DNA of 64,000 nucleotides from Mobula hypostoma (Eukaryota), in assembly GCF_963921235.1 (NCBI RefSeq), contig NC_086097.1, forward strand, positions 78,494,001 through 78,558,000. The letters run 5' to 3'. A program made the position numbers and the translations under genes. The notes beneath the pieces were generated by a model. The model worked only from the letters and a program-made list of their open reading frames with translations. It searched no databases and was not told the DNA's origin. Positions 37,857-51,700 of the stretch are shown piece after piece (the first letter of the stretch is position 1; each line of letters opens with the position of its first letter).

Positions 37857-40800
37857 GTTTCAAGATTCAAAATTGTTTAATGTCACTTTTAGTACACAGG
37901 ATATAAAGGAGAACAAAATGATTGTTACTCCAGATCCAATGCTGCACAAAAAAAAACACAATAAGATAAAGAAACAGAATAATAAAAACACGCAATATTA
38001 GAGATTAGGGTAGAAGGACAAGGGCATGATGCCAAGTGTTCTGAGTTGATGAGGAAGGACAGGCAGGGGACAAAACATAAACGTAGCCAGTTAGAGGGGT
38101 TGAAATGTGTCTATTTCAACGCTAGGAGTATTAGGAATAAAGGGGATGAACTTAGAGCATGGATCAGTACTTGGAACTACGATGTTGTGGCCGTTACTGA
38201 AACTTGGCTGGAGGAAGGGCAGGATTGGTTGTTGCAGGTACCGGGGTTTAGGTGCTTTAAAAGGAATAGGATGGAAGGTAGAAAAGGTGGGGGGGAGTAG
38301 CATTACTGGTCAGGGATAGTATCACGGCTATAGAAAGGGAGGATGCTGCAGAGGGAGTGTCCACTGAGTCGGTATGGGTGGAAGTCAGAAATAGGAAGGG
38401 ATCAATCACTGTGCTAGGAGTAGTCTATAAGATGGGGGTTATATGGGAAGCAGGGTTTGACGGACAGCACAACAATGTGGGCCGAAGAGCCTGTACTGTG
38501 CTGTACTATTCTATGTTCTGTAGGCCCCCCAAATAGCCCTCGGGACACCGAGGAGCAGATAAGCAGGCAGATTTTAGAATGATGCAGGAAATACAGGGTT
38601 GCAGTTAAGGGTGATTTCAACTTCCCTCATATTGACTGGTACCTCCTGACTGCAAGGGGGACAGATGGGGCTGAACTTGTCAGGAGTGCTCAAGGAGGAT
38701 TCCTGACACAGTATGTGGACCGGACGACAAGAGGAGAGGCTATACTGGATCTAGTTCTGGGTAATGAACCTGGTTAGGTGGCAGACCTCTTGGTGGGGGA
38801 GCATTTTTGTGAGAGTGACCACAACTCCCTTAGCTTCAGCATAGCTATGGAAAAGGATAAAAACAGACAAAATGGGAAAGTGCTTAGCTGGGGAAGGGCT
38901 AACTATGAAGGGATGAGGCAGGAACTAGCGAGAGTAAATTGGAAACAGATGTTCAAGGGTGAAAGCACAGAAGTAATGTGGAAGAAGTTTAGGGACTACT
39001 TGTGCTGGGTTCAGGATAGGTTTGTACCACTGAGACAAGGAAAAAATTATAGGAAAAGGCAACCGTGGCTGACGAAACACGTGAGGCAACTCATCAAGAG
39101 GAAGAAGGAAGCATACGTTAGATATAAGAAGCAGGAAGCAGGAGGGGCTCATGAGGAATATAGGGTAGCGAGGAAGGAGCTTAAGAAAGGACTTAGGAGA
39201 GCTCGAAGGAGGGCATGAGAAGGCCTTGACATATAGGATTAAGGAGAATCCCAAGGCATTCTATGTGTATGTGAAGAACAGAAGGATGACAAGAATGAAG
39301 GTGGGGCTGCTAAAGGATAAAAAAAAAGCAACATGTGCCTGGAGGCGGAGGAGGTTGGGAAGGTCCTAAATGAATACTTTGCTTCAGTATTCATAAGTGA
39401 AAAGGACCTTGATCAGGTTGAAGGTCAAAATAGAACAGGCCTGTGTGCTGGACAATGTGGAGATTAAGGAAGAAGTAGTGTTGGATCTTCTTAAAAACAT
39501 CAACATTGATAAGTCCCCAGGGCCAGACCTGATATACCCCGGGTTGCTGTGGGAAGTGAGAGAAGAGATCGCTGGAGCAGTAGCTATGATCTTTGAATGC
39601 TCTTTGGCTGCGGGGGAGGTGCTGGAGGATTGGAGAATGGCAAATGTAGTTCCCTTGTTTAAAAAAGGTAATAGGGAGAATCCTGGGAACTATAGACTGG
39701 TGAGTCTTAAGTCGGTGGTCTGCAAACTATTGGAAAGGATTCTTAAGGATAGGACCTACGAGCATTTGGAGAAGTACAGTCTACTCAAGGATAGTCAACA
39801 TGGCTTTGTGAAGGGAAGGTCATGTCTCACGAGCCTAATTGAGTTTTTTGAAGAAGTAACAAAAAAATTGATGAGGGTAGGGCGGTAGATGTGGTCTACA
39901 TGGATTTTAGTAAAGCAATTGACAAGGTGCCCCACGCGAGACTCATCCAGAAAGTCATGAGGCATGGGATCAGTGGAACCTTGGCTGTTTGGATAAAAAA
40001 AATTGGCTTACAGGAAGAAAGCAGAGGGTAGTAGTGGAAAGAAAGTATTCTGCCTGGAGGTCGATGACTAGTGGAGTGCCGCAAGGATCTGTCCTGGGAC
40101 CCTTGCTCTTTGTGATCTTTATAAATGACCTGGATGAAGAGGCAGAAGCATAGGTGAGCAAGTTTGCAGATGACACGAAGATTGGAGGAGTTGTGGATGG
40201 AGCTGTAGGTTGTCGAAGGTTACAAGAGAATATAAACAGGATGCAGAGTTGGGCAGAAAAGTGACAGATGGAGTTCATTCCAGGTAAGTGTGAGGTGATG
40301 CATTTTGGAAGGACAAACTAGAAGACTGAGTACAGGGTTAATGGTCGGTTACTTAAGAGTGTGGATGAACAGAGGGACCTTGGGGTTCAAATCCATGCAT
40401 CCCTCAAGGTCGCTGCACAGGTTGAAAGGATAGTTAAGAAGACCTATGGGATGCTAGTCTTCATTAATAGGGGGACTGAGTTCAAGAGTAGAGAGGTCAT
40501 GTAGTAACTCTACAAATGTCTGGTGAGACCACACTTATAGAGTATTGTGTTCAGTTCTGGTCACCTCATTATAGGAAGGACGTGGAAGCTATTGCCTGGA
40601 TTGGAAAACAAGTCTTATGAGGCAAGGTTAGCAGAGCTGGGACTTTTCTCTTTGGAGTGTAGAAGGATGAGAGGGGACTTGATAGAGGTCTACAAGATTA
40701 TAAGAGGCATAGATAGGGTGGATAGCCAGTACCTGTTTCCCAGGGCACCAATAGCAAACACCAGAGGGCATATGTACAAAATTAAGGGAGGGAAGTTTAG

Positions 40801-41985
40801 GGGAGATATCAGGGGTAAGTTTTTTTTTACACAGAGGTTTGTGGGTGTCTGGAACAACTTTCCAGGGATGGTGGTGGAGGCTAAAACATTAGGGGTATCT
40901 AAGAGTCTCTTGGACAGACACATGGATGAAAGAAAAATAGAGGGTTACGGGGTAGTGTGGGTTTAGTACTTTTTTTGAAGGAATATATGGGTCGGCACAA
41001 CATCAAGGGCCCAAGGGCCTGTACTGTGCTGTAGTATTCTAGTGTCTAGTGTCTAAATATAAATATATAAGATAGGTTATATAGATAGATTGTGTGCCTA
41101 TAAAGAAATGTTGGGCCCAGTAGTATCTGTACATAAGGTGACTCTGACAGGAAATGATAAAGTAGTGGTGGTGGGATTGTAGAGGGATGGGGTTGGTGGG
41201 TGTGTGTTGATCAGCCTTATTGCTTATGGGAAGTAACTGTTTTTGAGTCTGGTGTGGATGCTACATAGCCTTCTCTCCGATGAGAGTGGGACAAACAGTC
41301 CATGAGCATGGTGGATGGGATCCTTCATGATGCTACTTGCCCTTTCTGGCACCTTTCTGTAAATATACCCTTGATAGTGGATAGGCTGATACCAGTAATG
41401 CGCTCGGCAATTTTGACTACCTGTTGTACAGCCTTTCCTGTCTGCCAAAAAGCAGTTTCTGTACAATGCAATGATGCAGCATGTTAGGACACTCTCTACT
41501 GCACAGCTGTAAAATGACATGGGTATAGAAACGCATAGTCCAGCTCTCTTCAGTCGCCTCCGGAAGTAGAGGCATTTGTCAGCTTTTCTGGCTGTGTAGG
41601 ATGTGTCCTGGGTCCATGAGAAGCTGTGTGAGATGTGTACTCCCAGGAGTTTGAAAATGTGCACAGTTTCCAATGCTGTGCCACCATTGTAAAGAGCGGT
41701 GTGAGTAGTGTGAAGCCAATAACCATCTCCTTTTTCTTGTTGACATTAGGAAGAGGCTATTTTCCTGTTGCCAGGCCTCGAGCTCTTCCACCTCCTCTCT
41801 GTAGGCTGTCTCATTGTCATTGGTGATGAGATCCACCACTGCCATGTCATCCACAAACCTGACAATGTGATTACTTGGGTGTTTGGTCGAGTAGTCATAG
41901 GCAAGCAAAATGTACAGTAATGGCTCAGCACACAGTCCTGGGGGCACCCATTGAGAATGATGGGGAGGGAGGAGAGGTTGTGCAT
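37857..41985 (-). mobile_element. Rex1/Babar LINE 3' part, split by a CR1 insertion
   Basis: GCPQDCVLS, VRFVDDMAVV, FKLLGVHIS, CLYFRRRLKRA at 41224-41985; tail at ~37857-38000. Confidence 0.8.
38000..41055 (+). mobile_element. Near-complete CR1 ORF2 (APE + RT), disabled
   Basis: LKCVYFNARSIRNK..VAVTETWL, GDFNFP, SDHNSL, KSPGPD, QHGFVKGRSC, FADDTK; (tagtgtc)n tail; a short second CR1 tail is nested at ~38430-38520. Confidence 0.93.
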
Positions 41986-42510
41986 CTTGACTATCTAAGA
42001 AAGAATGTGCTGGCGTGGGAGTGTATCCAGAGGAGATTCAACAGAATGAAGAATTATTTCAGGAATGAAAGGGTTAGCGTATGAGGAGCATTTGATAGCT
42101 CTGGGCCTGTATTCGTTGGAATTCAGATGAATGAGGGGGGGATCTCTTTGAAATCTATCAAATTTTGAAAGACCTGTGATGTAGTGAAAGTGGAGAGTAT
42201 GCTTCCTATAGTGGGTGAGTCAAGGACCAGAGGGCACAGTCTCAGAATAGACGGATGGCCATTTAGAACAGAGGTGAGGAGGAATTTCTTTAGCACCAGG
42301 GTGGTTAATCTGTGGAATTCATTGCCGTAAACGGCTGTGCAGGCCAAGTCGTTGAATATATTTAAATTGCAGGTTGATAGGTTAATCAGTGTGTCAAAGG
42401 TTACAGGGAGAAGGCAGGAGAATGGGGTTGAGAGAGATAATAAATCAGGCATGGTGAAACAGAGTCCATAGGTCGAATAGCCTAATTCTGCACCTATGTC
42501 TTATAGTTTT
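41986..42510 (+). mobile_element. CR1 3' fragment
   Basis: IQRRFNRM, SRTRGHSLRI, CR1-type 3' end. Confidence 0.85.
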
Positions 42511-45065
42511 ATTGTATATTAAAGGTGAAGAGCTACATAAATCAAAATTTCACTCAACACTCCTTGGAACCAGCTCAAAGTTAATCTGCTTCACTTCCAA
42601 ATTAGAGTATGTTTGGACAATGAATTATCCACATTTGATTTCAGTTTTCAACTGAAAATAATTTTCAAATGAGCTTTTTTTTACTAAATACATACAGAAG
42701 TACACCTACATTGCAATACTAAAGTGACTCCAGCTGTACTTACATTGCAGAAGTCAAAAATCTCTGATACCATATGTATGGTCTTCAAAAAGATTAAAAT
42801 ATCAATAAATAGGTTCTTACCACCAAGAAAAAGATACTCGCTCTAGATCACTTCAGATTACTGTTCAAATGGCAACAGCCAAGTTAAACATAAAGATATT
42901 TTGTGGGGCAAATGGTTGCCATTTATATTGTCCCATTAAAGTAGATAAACATTCCAATGTACTTAAGGTCATATAATCAAAAGAATTCCCACAACAAAAT
43001 AAGTCACATTAATTAACTACCACAAACATGAAAATAAATTGGTGTGAAAAAAATCTCATTAAATGATTCAGCTTCATGTAGAATATTTGCCTGTATTTTC
43101 TACAAGCAAATTATTTTCATTGGAATAAAGCATTTTACCAGATTTATTTTTGTTCTTGATTGTTTACATCTATCAAATAGATTTTTATTTTTGCTTTGAA
43201 ACAAAGCATCTGGAAGTTTTAAAAGAACATCATGTGATGTAAGAGAAGAATCAGAACACGCTGACATTTTGATTAGTTAAGTTGATTTTCATGTACGGAT
43301 TTCCTTTGACTTTACACCAATTGTTTCAAGGTTCAACTAAGCTTTCTGTTTTCAGAACAGTTGATTTTTGTACATCAAACCTTAATTGTTCTGTTAATTT
43401 GCTCCAATACATCCCGAAGGTATTCCTATATCATGTGTTTAAATGAACTGCATTTAAAGCAGAAGTAAGATCCTTAAGACATTGATAATATCATAAACCA
43501 AAATGAATAATTTACTTCCTGACTTTCAATTAAAATCATCTGGAATTTGTTTGAACTAAAAAGTTAAAGTCAAGCCTCCATAAAAGAATGAAGCAGTTTT
43601 AAATAATAATCAAAATATTTTTCCAGCTATGACTGCCAATATGATGTCAAGAAATCAAAATTAGCAGCAGACCTCACACACCATTTAGTACAGATGTGGA
43701 CTTCTAACATTCATACTCAGGATTTATCCAGAGCAATTTTACAAAACATTGTCTGATCAAATTGGAAAATGTTATCATCTTTGCTTCCAATTTTCTTCCT
43801 CTTTTTTCATGGCTTATTTCTCCTCTCTTCCTTGCTTTATCTATCTCTTCTTTTTAACTAAAGATAGTCTATCAACAGAGAACTATCAAAAGTCTCCAGG
43901 CTCATGCAGCAAAATTGATAGGACTTCCTCTTAACTTTCTACCTGAAAGGGCATCAATATCCAATTCCGATTTCTCTGTATCAGATCCATCTTTTCTAGT
44001 ATTGCACCTACGTGACTCATGCTTGCAGTAGAACTTCCTCTCTCCTCAGCTACATAATGCCCTTCACAAGTGGTTGCCAAGATTCTGAATGCATCCGTGC
44101 CAGATCCCACAATTCTTCCCTTAAATCTTCCCCCAGAACACACAGGATCCACTGTCCTTATATAACAGCTTAACAACCTCCACCATTTCCACCCCCTCCA
44201 ACCCAATGACACTAAAGTTCACCTTCCCCTGCCCAACCTTTGAGAATTCAAAGACTTGTTCCATTCATGACAGCTACAGGTAAACCCATTAAATTATGTG
44301 AAGATTCCACTTGATAATGGATACGTAAATCCATTTTTAATTCGGAATTTTTTCCTGATAAAATAGTTCATTTCACATGTGGCTCCTGCAACACATTTCA
44401 GCAGAACTTTACTCCACAAATGTTTTTGATACCTGAATCTTTGTGAAATCCTGCTGTTCTTTATTTAAAATGATGGAATTGAATTCCTCACTCCTTTAAT
44501 AGATTTTAACTCACAAATGGAACTTATTTCTGCCTCCTGAAATGACCTGGCTTCTAAAAATATTAAGTCGCTGTTATCTTCAACTCCACAGGCAGAGCAA
44601 TCCTGAGCTCTACCTGGAGCTCATCTCAGAGAACACTAGTTTCGTGAACTTCGCTTTCTAGATACATTGTTTCTTAGATATGGGATCTTAAAGCATTTTT
44701 TGCAGAAGATTCTTGGAAGATTAGTCAACTGGCTAAAGTTCTCCTTACCCATTTATTCTGGGGGGGCTTTTCTTTGTACTCCTGATTATTCTGGAGCCCC
44801 AATGGGTCTATTATGAAGTGTTTTACCAAAGGTGCAGAAAACTACACTTTACTGTGGAAAACACATGAACTCTTTCTCAATACCTAAATAGCAAGCTATT
44901 GTGGCACTCTGGTGGGGCGTGGGGAAGGGGTGGATGTGGTGTGGTCGACAGCTCGATCCAGCATTCCTAGCGGCCAGTGTTACTTATTGCTCTTGTTTTA
45001 AACTGCATTCATGGAATTATGGTGAGATGTTCAAGTTAATTTTTGTTACATTTTAGCTCAGGTTA

Positions 45066-45686
45066 CAGTTGTCCCTCGGTATCCAGGGGGGGATTGGTTC
45101 CAGGACCCCCATGGATACCAAAATCCGCGGATGCTCAAGTCCCTTATATAAAATGGCGTAGTATTTGCATATAATCTACGCACATCCACCCGTATACTTT
45201 AAATCATCTCTAGATTACTTATAATACCAAATACAATGTAAATGCTATGTAAATAGTTGTTATACTGTATTGTTTAGGGAATAATGACAAGAAAAAAAAG
45301 TCTGTACATGTTCAGTACAGATGCAACCTCGGCATCAGCCGATGCTGATTCTCCCGTGATCTTTAAGCTCTTGAGGCCGTAGCACTTTACATAGCTAGCC
45401 AGTCATCCCTTACACGCCTAAAACTCCTTCCTCTTGCTCACAACAGAAGTAGCGAACGAACGAGATGCGAGGTGAACGATGCTCAAACAACGAGTGCTGG
45501 AGAGAGACTGAGGAGCTGTGAAATGGCGGGAGGCTACAGCAGGGTATGCCTACATATCATTTCATTCGCGTGGATTCAGCGTAGTGCTCGGCATGCAGCA
45601 AAGTCAAGTTTTGCTTTTTGGAACTTTCTGGAATTTTTTTCCGAATATTTTCGATCCGCAGTTGGTTGAATGCGGAGGGCCGATTG
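45066..45686. mobile_element. TcMar-Tigger MITE, MER2/Tigger3(Golem)-like
   Basis: TA then cagttgtccctcggtatcc...gagggccgattg; interior matches my recollection of the MER2/Tigger3 consensus. Confidence 0.85.
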
Positions 45687-45894
45687 TGTACAGTTATCCA
45701 CTTGTGTGTTTGTGCGTCACCCTGACTGTAAGAGGGAGGGTGTATGACAGTCACCTCCCACATCTGTATGTGACTGAGTTAATTTTCACCGAGCGATGGC
45801 GCGCTGTCTGTTATTCTGCTTATTGCAATGAAACTAGCTATTGAGATAAACGAGCTCTTTCCGTCTAACACCATGAACCGAATGCTTGCCACAT

Positions 45895-45912
45895 TGGTGT
45901 CAGGAATGGGAT
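45895..45912 (+). promoter_or_regulatory. Primer-binding site (tRNA-Leu-like)
   Basis: tggtgtcaggaatgggat, 1 nt downstream of the LTR-terminal CA. Confidence 0.75.
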
Positions 45913-47980
45913 TAGAAATTGGCGGCAAGATTGAAGAGCCATGACGCTGTATGGAGCACCTTAAGACCTGGGGGGAAAGTCAAGGGACAGAGCAGTATTC
46001 CTCCCCCGCACCCCCGGGTTGGACTCCCGAAGATGGGACGCTGACCCAGAAGGAGGACCCGGGAACTGAGCATCATGCTTTCCCAGGAAACCCAACGGAG
46101 TGAGCATACCGAAGCTTCCCAAACCATGGGGACACAGTGCAGTGCATCACTCACCTCCCCTGTGGCCTGCCACTCCAGCCATGGGAGGGCGGGCAACATG
46201 GCAGGCACCACCGATCTACCGGAACAAGAAGAAGACCAACGTTAATTAATGCCACAAGGTTCACCCTGAAGTTCCCAGATACAATGGTACAGTCACCTGG
46301 AGACTTACCTGGTACTAGTCAAACTTGCCACATGGCACAAGTGGTGGAGACCTACCAGACAGCAGTGCACCTTGCCCTAGTGCTGGAGAGGGCTGCCCTG
46401 CAGGCCCTGGACCTAGCGCCAGGGCCCTCATAGCAGTGTTTTGAACAGAGGCCACTGGAGGAATCAATGAGGGAGTACTTGTCAGCAGATGGTGCCATGT
46501 GGGAGAAAGCCAAGGAGCATTCATAGCAGATCTCCACCAGTATGCATGGCATGGCTACCCCCAGTTCCCTACCGTGGCCCAGGAAGAGCTTATCTGTCAT
46601 CATGAACCGAATGTTTGCCACACATTTTTAAAAAATATATAACACAGGAATTTCTGTTTGCTGTTCAGGCCCAACTTTTAGTGCATGGCCCATGTTATGT
46701 AAGGAGAAAAAATGTTAAATGGACATTGCACAAGAATCTCTGCTTATTTTATGTAGTATCCTTCAGGCATGCACACATGAGGCACAACAAAAAGATGGAC
46801 AACAAACATGGGAACATTGTAATTGTGAATCCTATTTAATTTGTAAACAAATGTGGACATACTGCAAAAACCTGACGTTAAGCATGAAAATTCCACACTT
46901 TGCAATAGTCTGCAAACAAAAGCAACAATATGAAAGATGATTATTCTCATTTGATCAGGATATAGTTTGTAATACCAAAGTTATAAGTTTAAGTATATTA
47001 GAGGTATATCATGATATCAAAATATTCACTAAAATATTATAAACATGAGAACGTCTGCAGGTGTGAGTAAATCCAGAGCAATATACACAGAATGCTGGAG
47101 GACCTCAGCAAGTCAGGCAGCATCTATGGAAATAAATAAACAGTTGATGTTTCAGGCAGAGACCCCTCTTCAGAACTTAAAATTTCATTAAAATATTAAG
47201 TATCAGAAATTTTAAAGAGTAATTTGAACTTCTGTGAGAATCATTAACTCATTATAAATCAACTTCTTCACTTTCATTAACAAAAAAATATGCTTTCAAA
47301 CTGTGAACTGGATTTAGGCAAAGAAATTATGTAACATTTGTAAGAAGAAAAATTTTGCACATGTACAAATTTGTTTTCATAAACCTAGCTGTTACCAATT
47401 GTGATAATGTTAAACATGAAAACTGTTCAAGGTCCAGCTGGATTCCCAGTCAGAGACTGAGTGGCCTTCATGCAAAGCCAAACCATTAAAATGTGGAGCC
47501 AACTCTCACTGAATTGCAAAGGCCATGGGGGCTTTTACTAGTAAACAAATTGCTATATCCATCAGAATGGATTTTAATGCTTGGTATTTTCTTTTATACA
47601 TCCACAAAAGAAAAAGACAGGATATTGCAACTTAAGGAGAGGCTATTCAGCCCATTATGTATATGTTGATTCTTTCAGTGAGTAATTTCATTAGTCCCAC
47701 TACACTTTCTTCATCTCCCCAAATCACACATTGTTCGTTTTTTTCCACTTTGGGCATTTGTCCAATTCCCTTTATAGTTGAGGTGTGCATTCCAAATCTT
47801 AACTACTTGTCCCATAGAAGCTTTCTCCTCAAGATTCCTCATGTCCTTTTGCAAATAGATTCCCTCTCATAGCAGTGCAATGCACCTAAGGAACTTAATA
47901 ATTCATTGGTGGACACAGTAGGTCGCATCAGAATGAATGAATCATTCACTTCTTAGGTACATCATGCTGCCATGAAGATA

Positions 47981-48559
47981 CACACAGTGGCCACTTTATT
48001 AGTTATTTCCTGTACCTAATAAAGTAGCAACTGAGTGTTATGTTCATGGTCTTTGCTGCTGTAGCCCATTCACTTCAAGGTTCGGTGTATTGTGCATTCA
48101 GGGATATTCTTTGGCATGCTGCTGTTTCAATACATGGTTATTTGAGTTACTGTCATCTTCCTGTCAGCTTGATCCAGTCTGGCCATTCTCCTCTGACCTC
48201 CCTCATTAACAAGATGTTTTCGCCAACAGAACTGGGTGTTTTTTTTTTGTTTTCAAACCATTCTCTGTAAACCTCATTATAACTGACACCTGCAGATTAA
48301 TTATCTAATATTGCATGAAAATCCCAGGAAATCAGCAGTTTCTGAGATACTCAAATCACTCTCAAACAATTATTTCATGGCCAAAGAAAGTTACATCACG
48401 TTTCTTTCCCATTCTGATGTTTGCTCTGAACAAGCACTGAACAATTTGACCATATCTGCAAACATTTATGTATTGAATTGCTGCCACATGGTTGGCTGAT
48501 TAGAAATTTACATTGAGAAGCAGCTGTACGGGTGTATCTAATAAAGTGGCTACTGAGTG
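47981..48559. mobile_element. Tc1/mariner-derived MITE
   Basis: TA-flanked TIRs cacacagtggccactttattag / ctaataaagtggctactgagtg; interior resembles an antisense Tc1 transposase remnant. Confidence 0.8.
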
Positions 48560-48749
48560 TATGTTGGTATTAGTGGTGCTAAACTTGCATATTCAGAAAG
48601 TGATAGAATCTTTTTCTGATTCAAGGTTCACACATGGACCCTGCAAAGCACATTGGCAGCAAATCACTCCCCCCCAAATCTCTTCTCATCTTTGTCCTGA
48701 ACAGCTTGGCCCTTATTTTATGATCACATGATGCTGGCCTAACGAAACA

Positions 48750-51700
48750 TCTACCCTGTCAAGGCCTGCAACAATTCTATATACTTCAGTAAAATCACTT
48801 TCATTCTTCTAAACCCTAAAGAACTTAAAACCAGTCATTTAATCTCTCCTCAGAGGACAAACAATCATCCAGGAATCAATGTGCTGAATTTTTATTGTAC
48901 TCTTTCTATTGTAAGGCTTCCTTCCCTGGGTGGAGAGATCAGACCTGTATACAATATTTCAGGCCCTTCCTCATCACAAACTCAAATCACCTTGCAATAA
49001 AGGCCAGTAAACTGTTTCCTCTTAACTTACTTGATGCACCTGGAAGTTAACTTTCAGGGATTCTACCCATATCCCAAATACACACAGGCTGCTATATTAA
49101 TTGGTCTACTGTAAATTGCCCTTTTTGTAGATGGATGCTAGAACCTGGAGTGAGTTGAAGAGAATGCATGGAGAATCAGTAATGAGATTATTATATGATT
49201 AGTGTATATGTGTGTTTTATGGTCAGCATGAATTTAGTGGCTGGAGAATCTGTTTGTGGGGTGTATCATTCTGTAACCTATAGCCTAAATAGCATCTTGA
49301 ACACTTCAGTATTCACTCCTCATAACTGATATCTGCAGGTTGATGATCTAATATTGTTACAAGATACGCTGATTGTGCAACAGCAGACATGCTCAGAATA
49401 TATTCACATAACTCCACAAAATTGCCCATAAAACTCCCTACCTACATCTTACAGATCCTTCTTGCATAACAGAATCAGAAGCACAGAAGGCTTCACCAAA
49501 CTCCAAGATCTGGGAGTCAACACCTTCTTCTGAAAGTGGATCCTTAACTTCCAGGCAAAAAGACTGCAGACAGTAAGGATAGGTAGCAAGTCCTCCAGCA
49601 CACTCTGCCTCCTACTCTACTCCCCATACATTCAAGATTGTATGGACAGGTTCTGCTCTGACTTCATCTACAAGTTTGCATTGGAATCTCTTCTTGGGAA
49701 GGTAAAACTTGGACAAAAGGAATTGGTTACATCTGAGCGATCCAACATCCTAGTGGGCAGGCTTGCTAGAACTGTTGGGGAGGGTTTAAACTAGGTTAGC
49801 AGGGGAATTAGAGTCAGAGTAACAACTCAGAAGATGGAACACTTGAGGGAAAAAGGTAGATGTGATATGTAGAGAGATTGTGAGGAAGAATAGGCCGTGG
49901 ATAGGGCATAAATACAAAATATTTAGATGGGTTGAAATGTGTCTAATACAAGAAATACAAGGGCAGTAATGGCTGCTGGTTGTTCCAAGGTTCAGACGTT
50001 CCAAAAGCGACAGGATAGGAGGTAAAGGAGGTGGGAGAATGGCATTGCTAATCAGGGATATTATCACAGCTGCAGAAAGGGAGGACATCATGAAGAGATC
50101 ATCGACTGAATTAGTGTGGGAGGAAGTCAAAAACAGGAAGGGAGCAATCACTCTGTTGGGAATATTCAATAGACCTCCCTCACCCATAGCAACAGAGGCA
50201 CTGAGGAGCAGATTGGGAGATTGTGAAAAATGTATAAATAACAAATAGGGCTGTTGTCATGGATAACTTCAACTTCACTAATAAGGCTCCTCCTTCGTGC
50301 AAAAGGTTTAGATGAAGCAGAATTTATGACGTCTGTCCTGGAAGGATTCCTGACAAAATATGTAGACAGGCTGTGGAACCTTTAGAGAGGGTGCAGAGAA
50401 GATTTACCAGGATACTGCCTGAATTTGAGAGCTTGCCTTATGAGGAAAGGCTGAGCAAGCCAGGGCTTTTCCCTTTGGAGCGAAGGAAAATAAGAGGCGG
50501 CTTGATAGTGTATAAGAATAAAAAGTATGGATAGAGTGGACTGCTAACACCATTTTCTCATGGCTGAAATGGCGCTTAACAAGAAGGCATAATTTTAAGG
50601 TGATTGGAGGAAAGTATAGGTGATGTCAAAGAGGTAATTTTTTTGCATAGACAGTTGTAAGTGTATGGAATGCACTGTCAGAGATGGTGATAAAAGTGGA
50701 TACATTAGGGAGATTTAAGATACTCAGGCACATGGATGAAAAAAGTGGAAGATTATGTGGGAGGGAGGGTTTAAAGTTGGGCACAACATTGTTGGCTGAA
50801 GGGCCTGAACTATGCTGTATTTTCCAAGATACCACCATTGTGAACAGTATGTCAAATAACAAGTTGAAGTACAGGTGACAGAGAGTTTAATAACGGTGTC
50901 AGGATGACAAATTTTTCCCTCAATGCAAGAGCTGGTCATTGACTTTAGGAAGGTGTACATGTTCCTGTTTACATCAATGGTGTTAAGATTAAGAGGCCTG
51001 AGGGCTTCAAGTTCCTAAGAGTGAACATCACCAATACCCTGCCCTGGTTCAACCACGTTGATGCCACACCAAGAAAGTTCACCTCAAATTCCTCAAAAGG
51101 CCTAAGAAATCTGGCATGTCTCTGTCAACCCTTATCAATTTTTATCACTATACCATAAAAAATCCACTCTGGATACATCATGGCTTGTTATGGCAACTGC
51201 TTAGCCCATAACTGCAAGAAACAGCAGAGAGTTGTGGACACCATAAGACCATAAGATATTGGAGCAGAATTAAAGCATTTGGCCCATCGAGTCTGCTCCA
51301 CCATTTCATCATGGTTGATCTAATTTTCCTCTCAGCCCCAATCTCCTGCCTTCTCCCCGTACCCCTTCATGCCCTGACCAATCAAAAATCTATCAACCTC
51401 TGCATCAGCTCAGCACATCACAGAAACCAGACTCCCTTCCATGGATTCTGTCTATACTTATCGCTGCCTCAGCAAAGCAGCCAGCCTAATCAAAGGCCCC
51501 ATCCATCTCAGACATTCTCTCTTCTCTCCTCTTCAATCAGGCAGAAGGTACAAAAGCCTGAAAGCATGTAACAACAGGCTCAAAGACAACTTCTACCCGA
51601 CTGTTGTAAAACTATTGAATGGTTCCCCAGTATGACAAAATGGACCTGACCTCACAATCTATCTCATTACAACCATGTACTTTATTGTCCACCAGTTCCG

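Larger units (their letters stand above)
44900..46622 (+). mobile_element. Internally deleted Gypsy element: 5' LTR, PBS, gag fragment, tip of 3' LTR
   Basis: LTR TGTGGCA (44900)...TGCCACA (45893); gag-like QTAVHLALVLERAALQAL; LTR end catgaaccgaatg(c/t)ttgccaca repeated at 46601-46622. Confidence 0.8.
43139..46909 (-). pseudogene. Putative large decayed exon, interrupted by a PLE fragment (~43960-44290) and a Gypsy/Tigger insertion (44900-46622)
   Basis: Acceptor ttgcttttgtttgcag (46910) and donor ctg/gtaaaa (43138); broken K/S/E-rich frames KCFKIPYLRNNVSRKRSSR, SLETFDSSLLIDYL, HDVLLKLPDALFQSKNKN. Confidence 0.35.
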
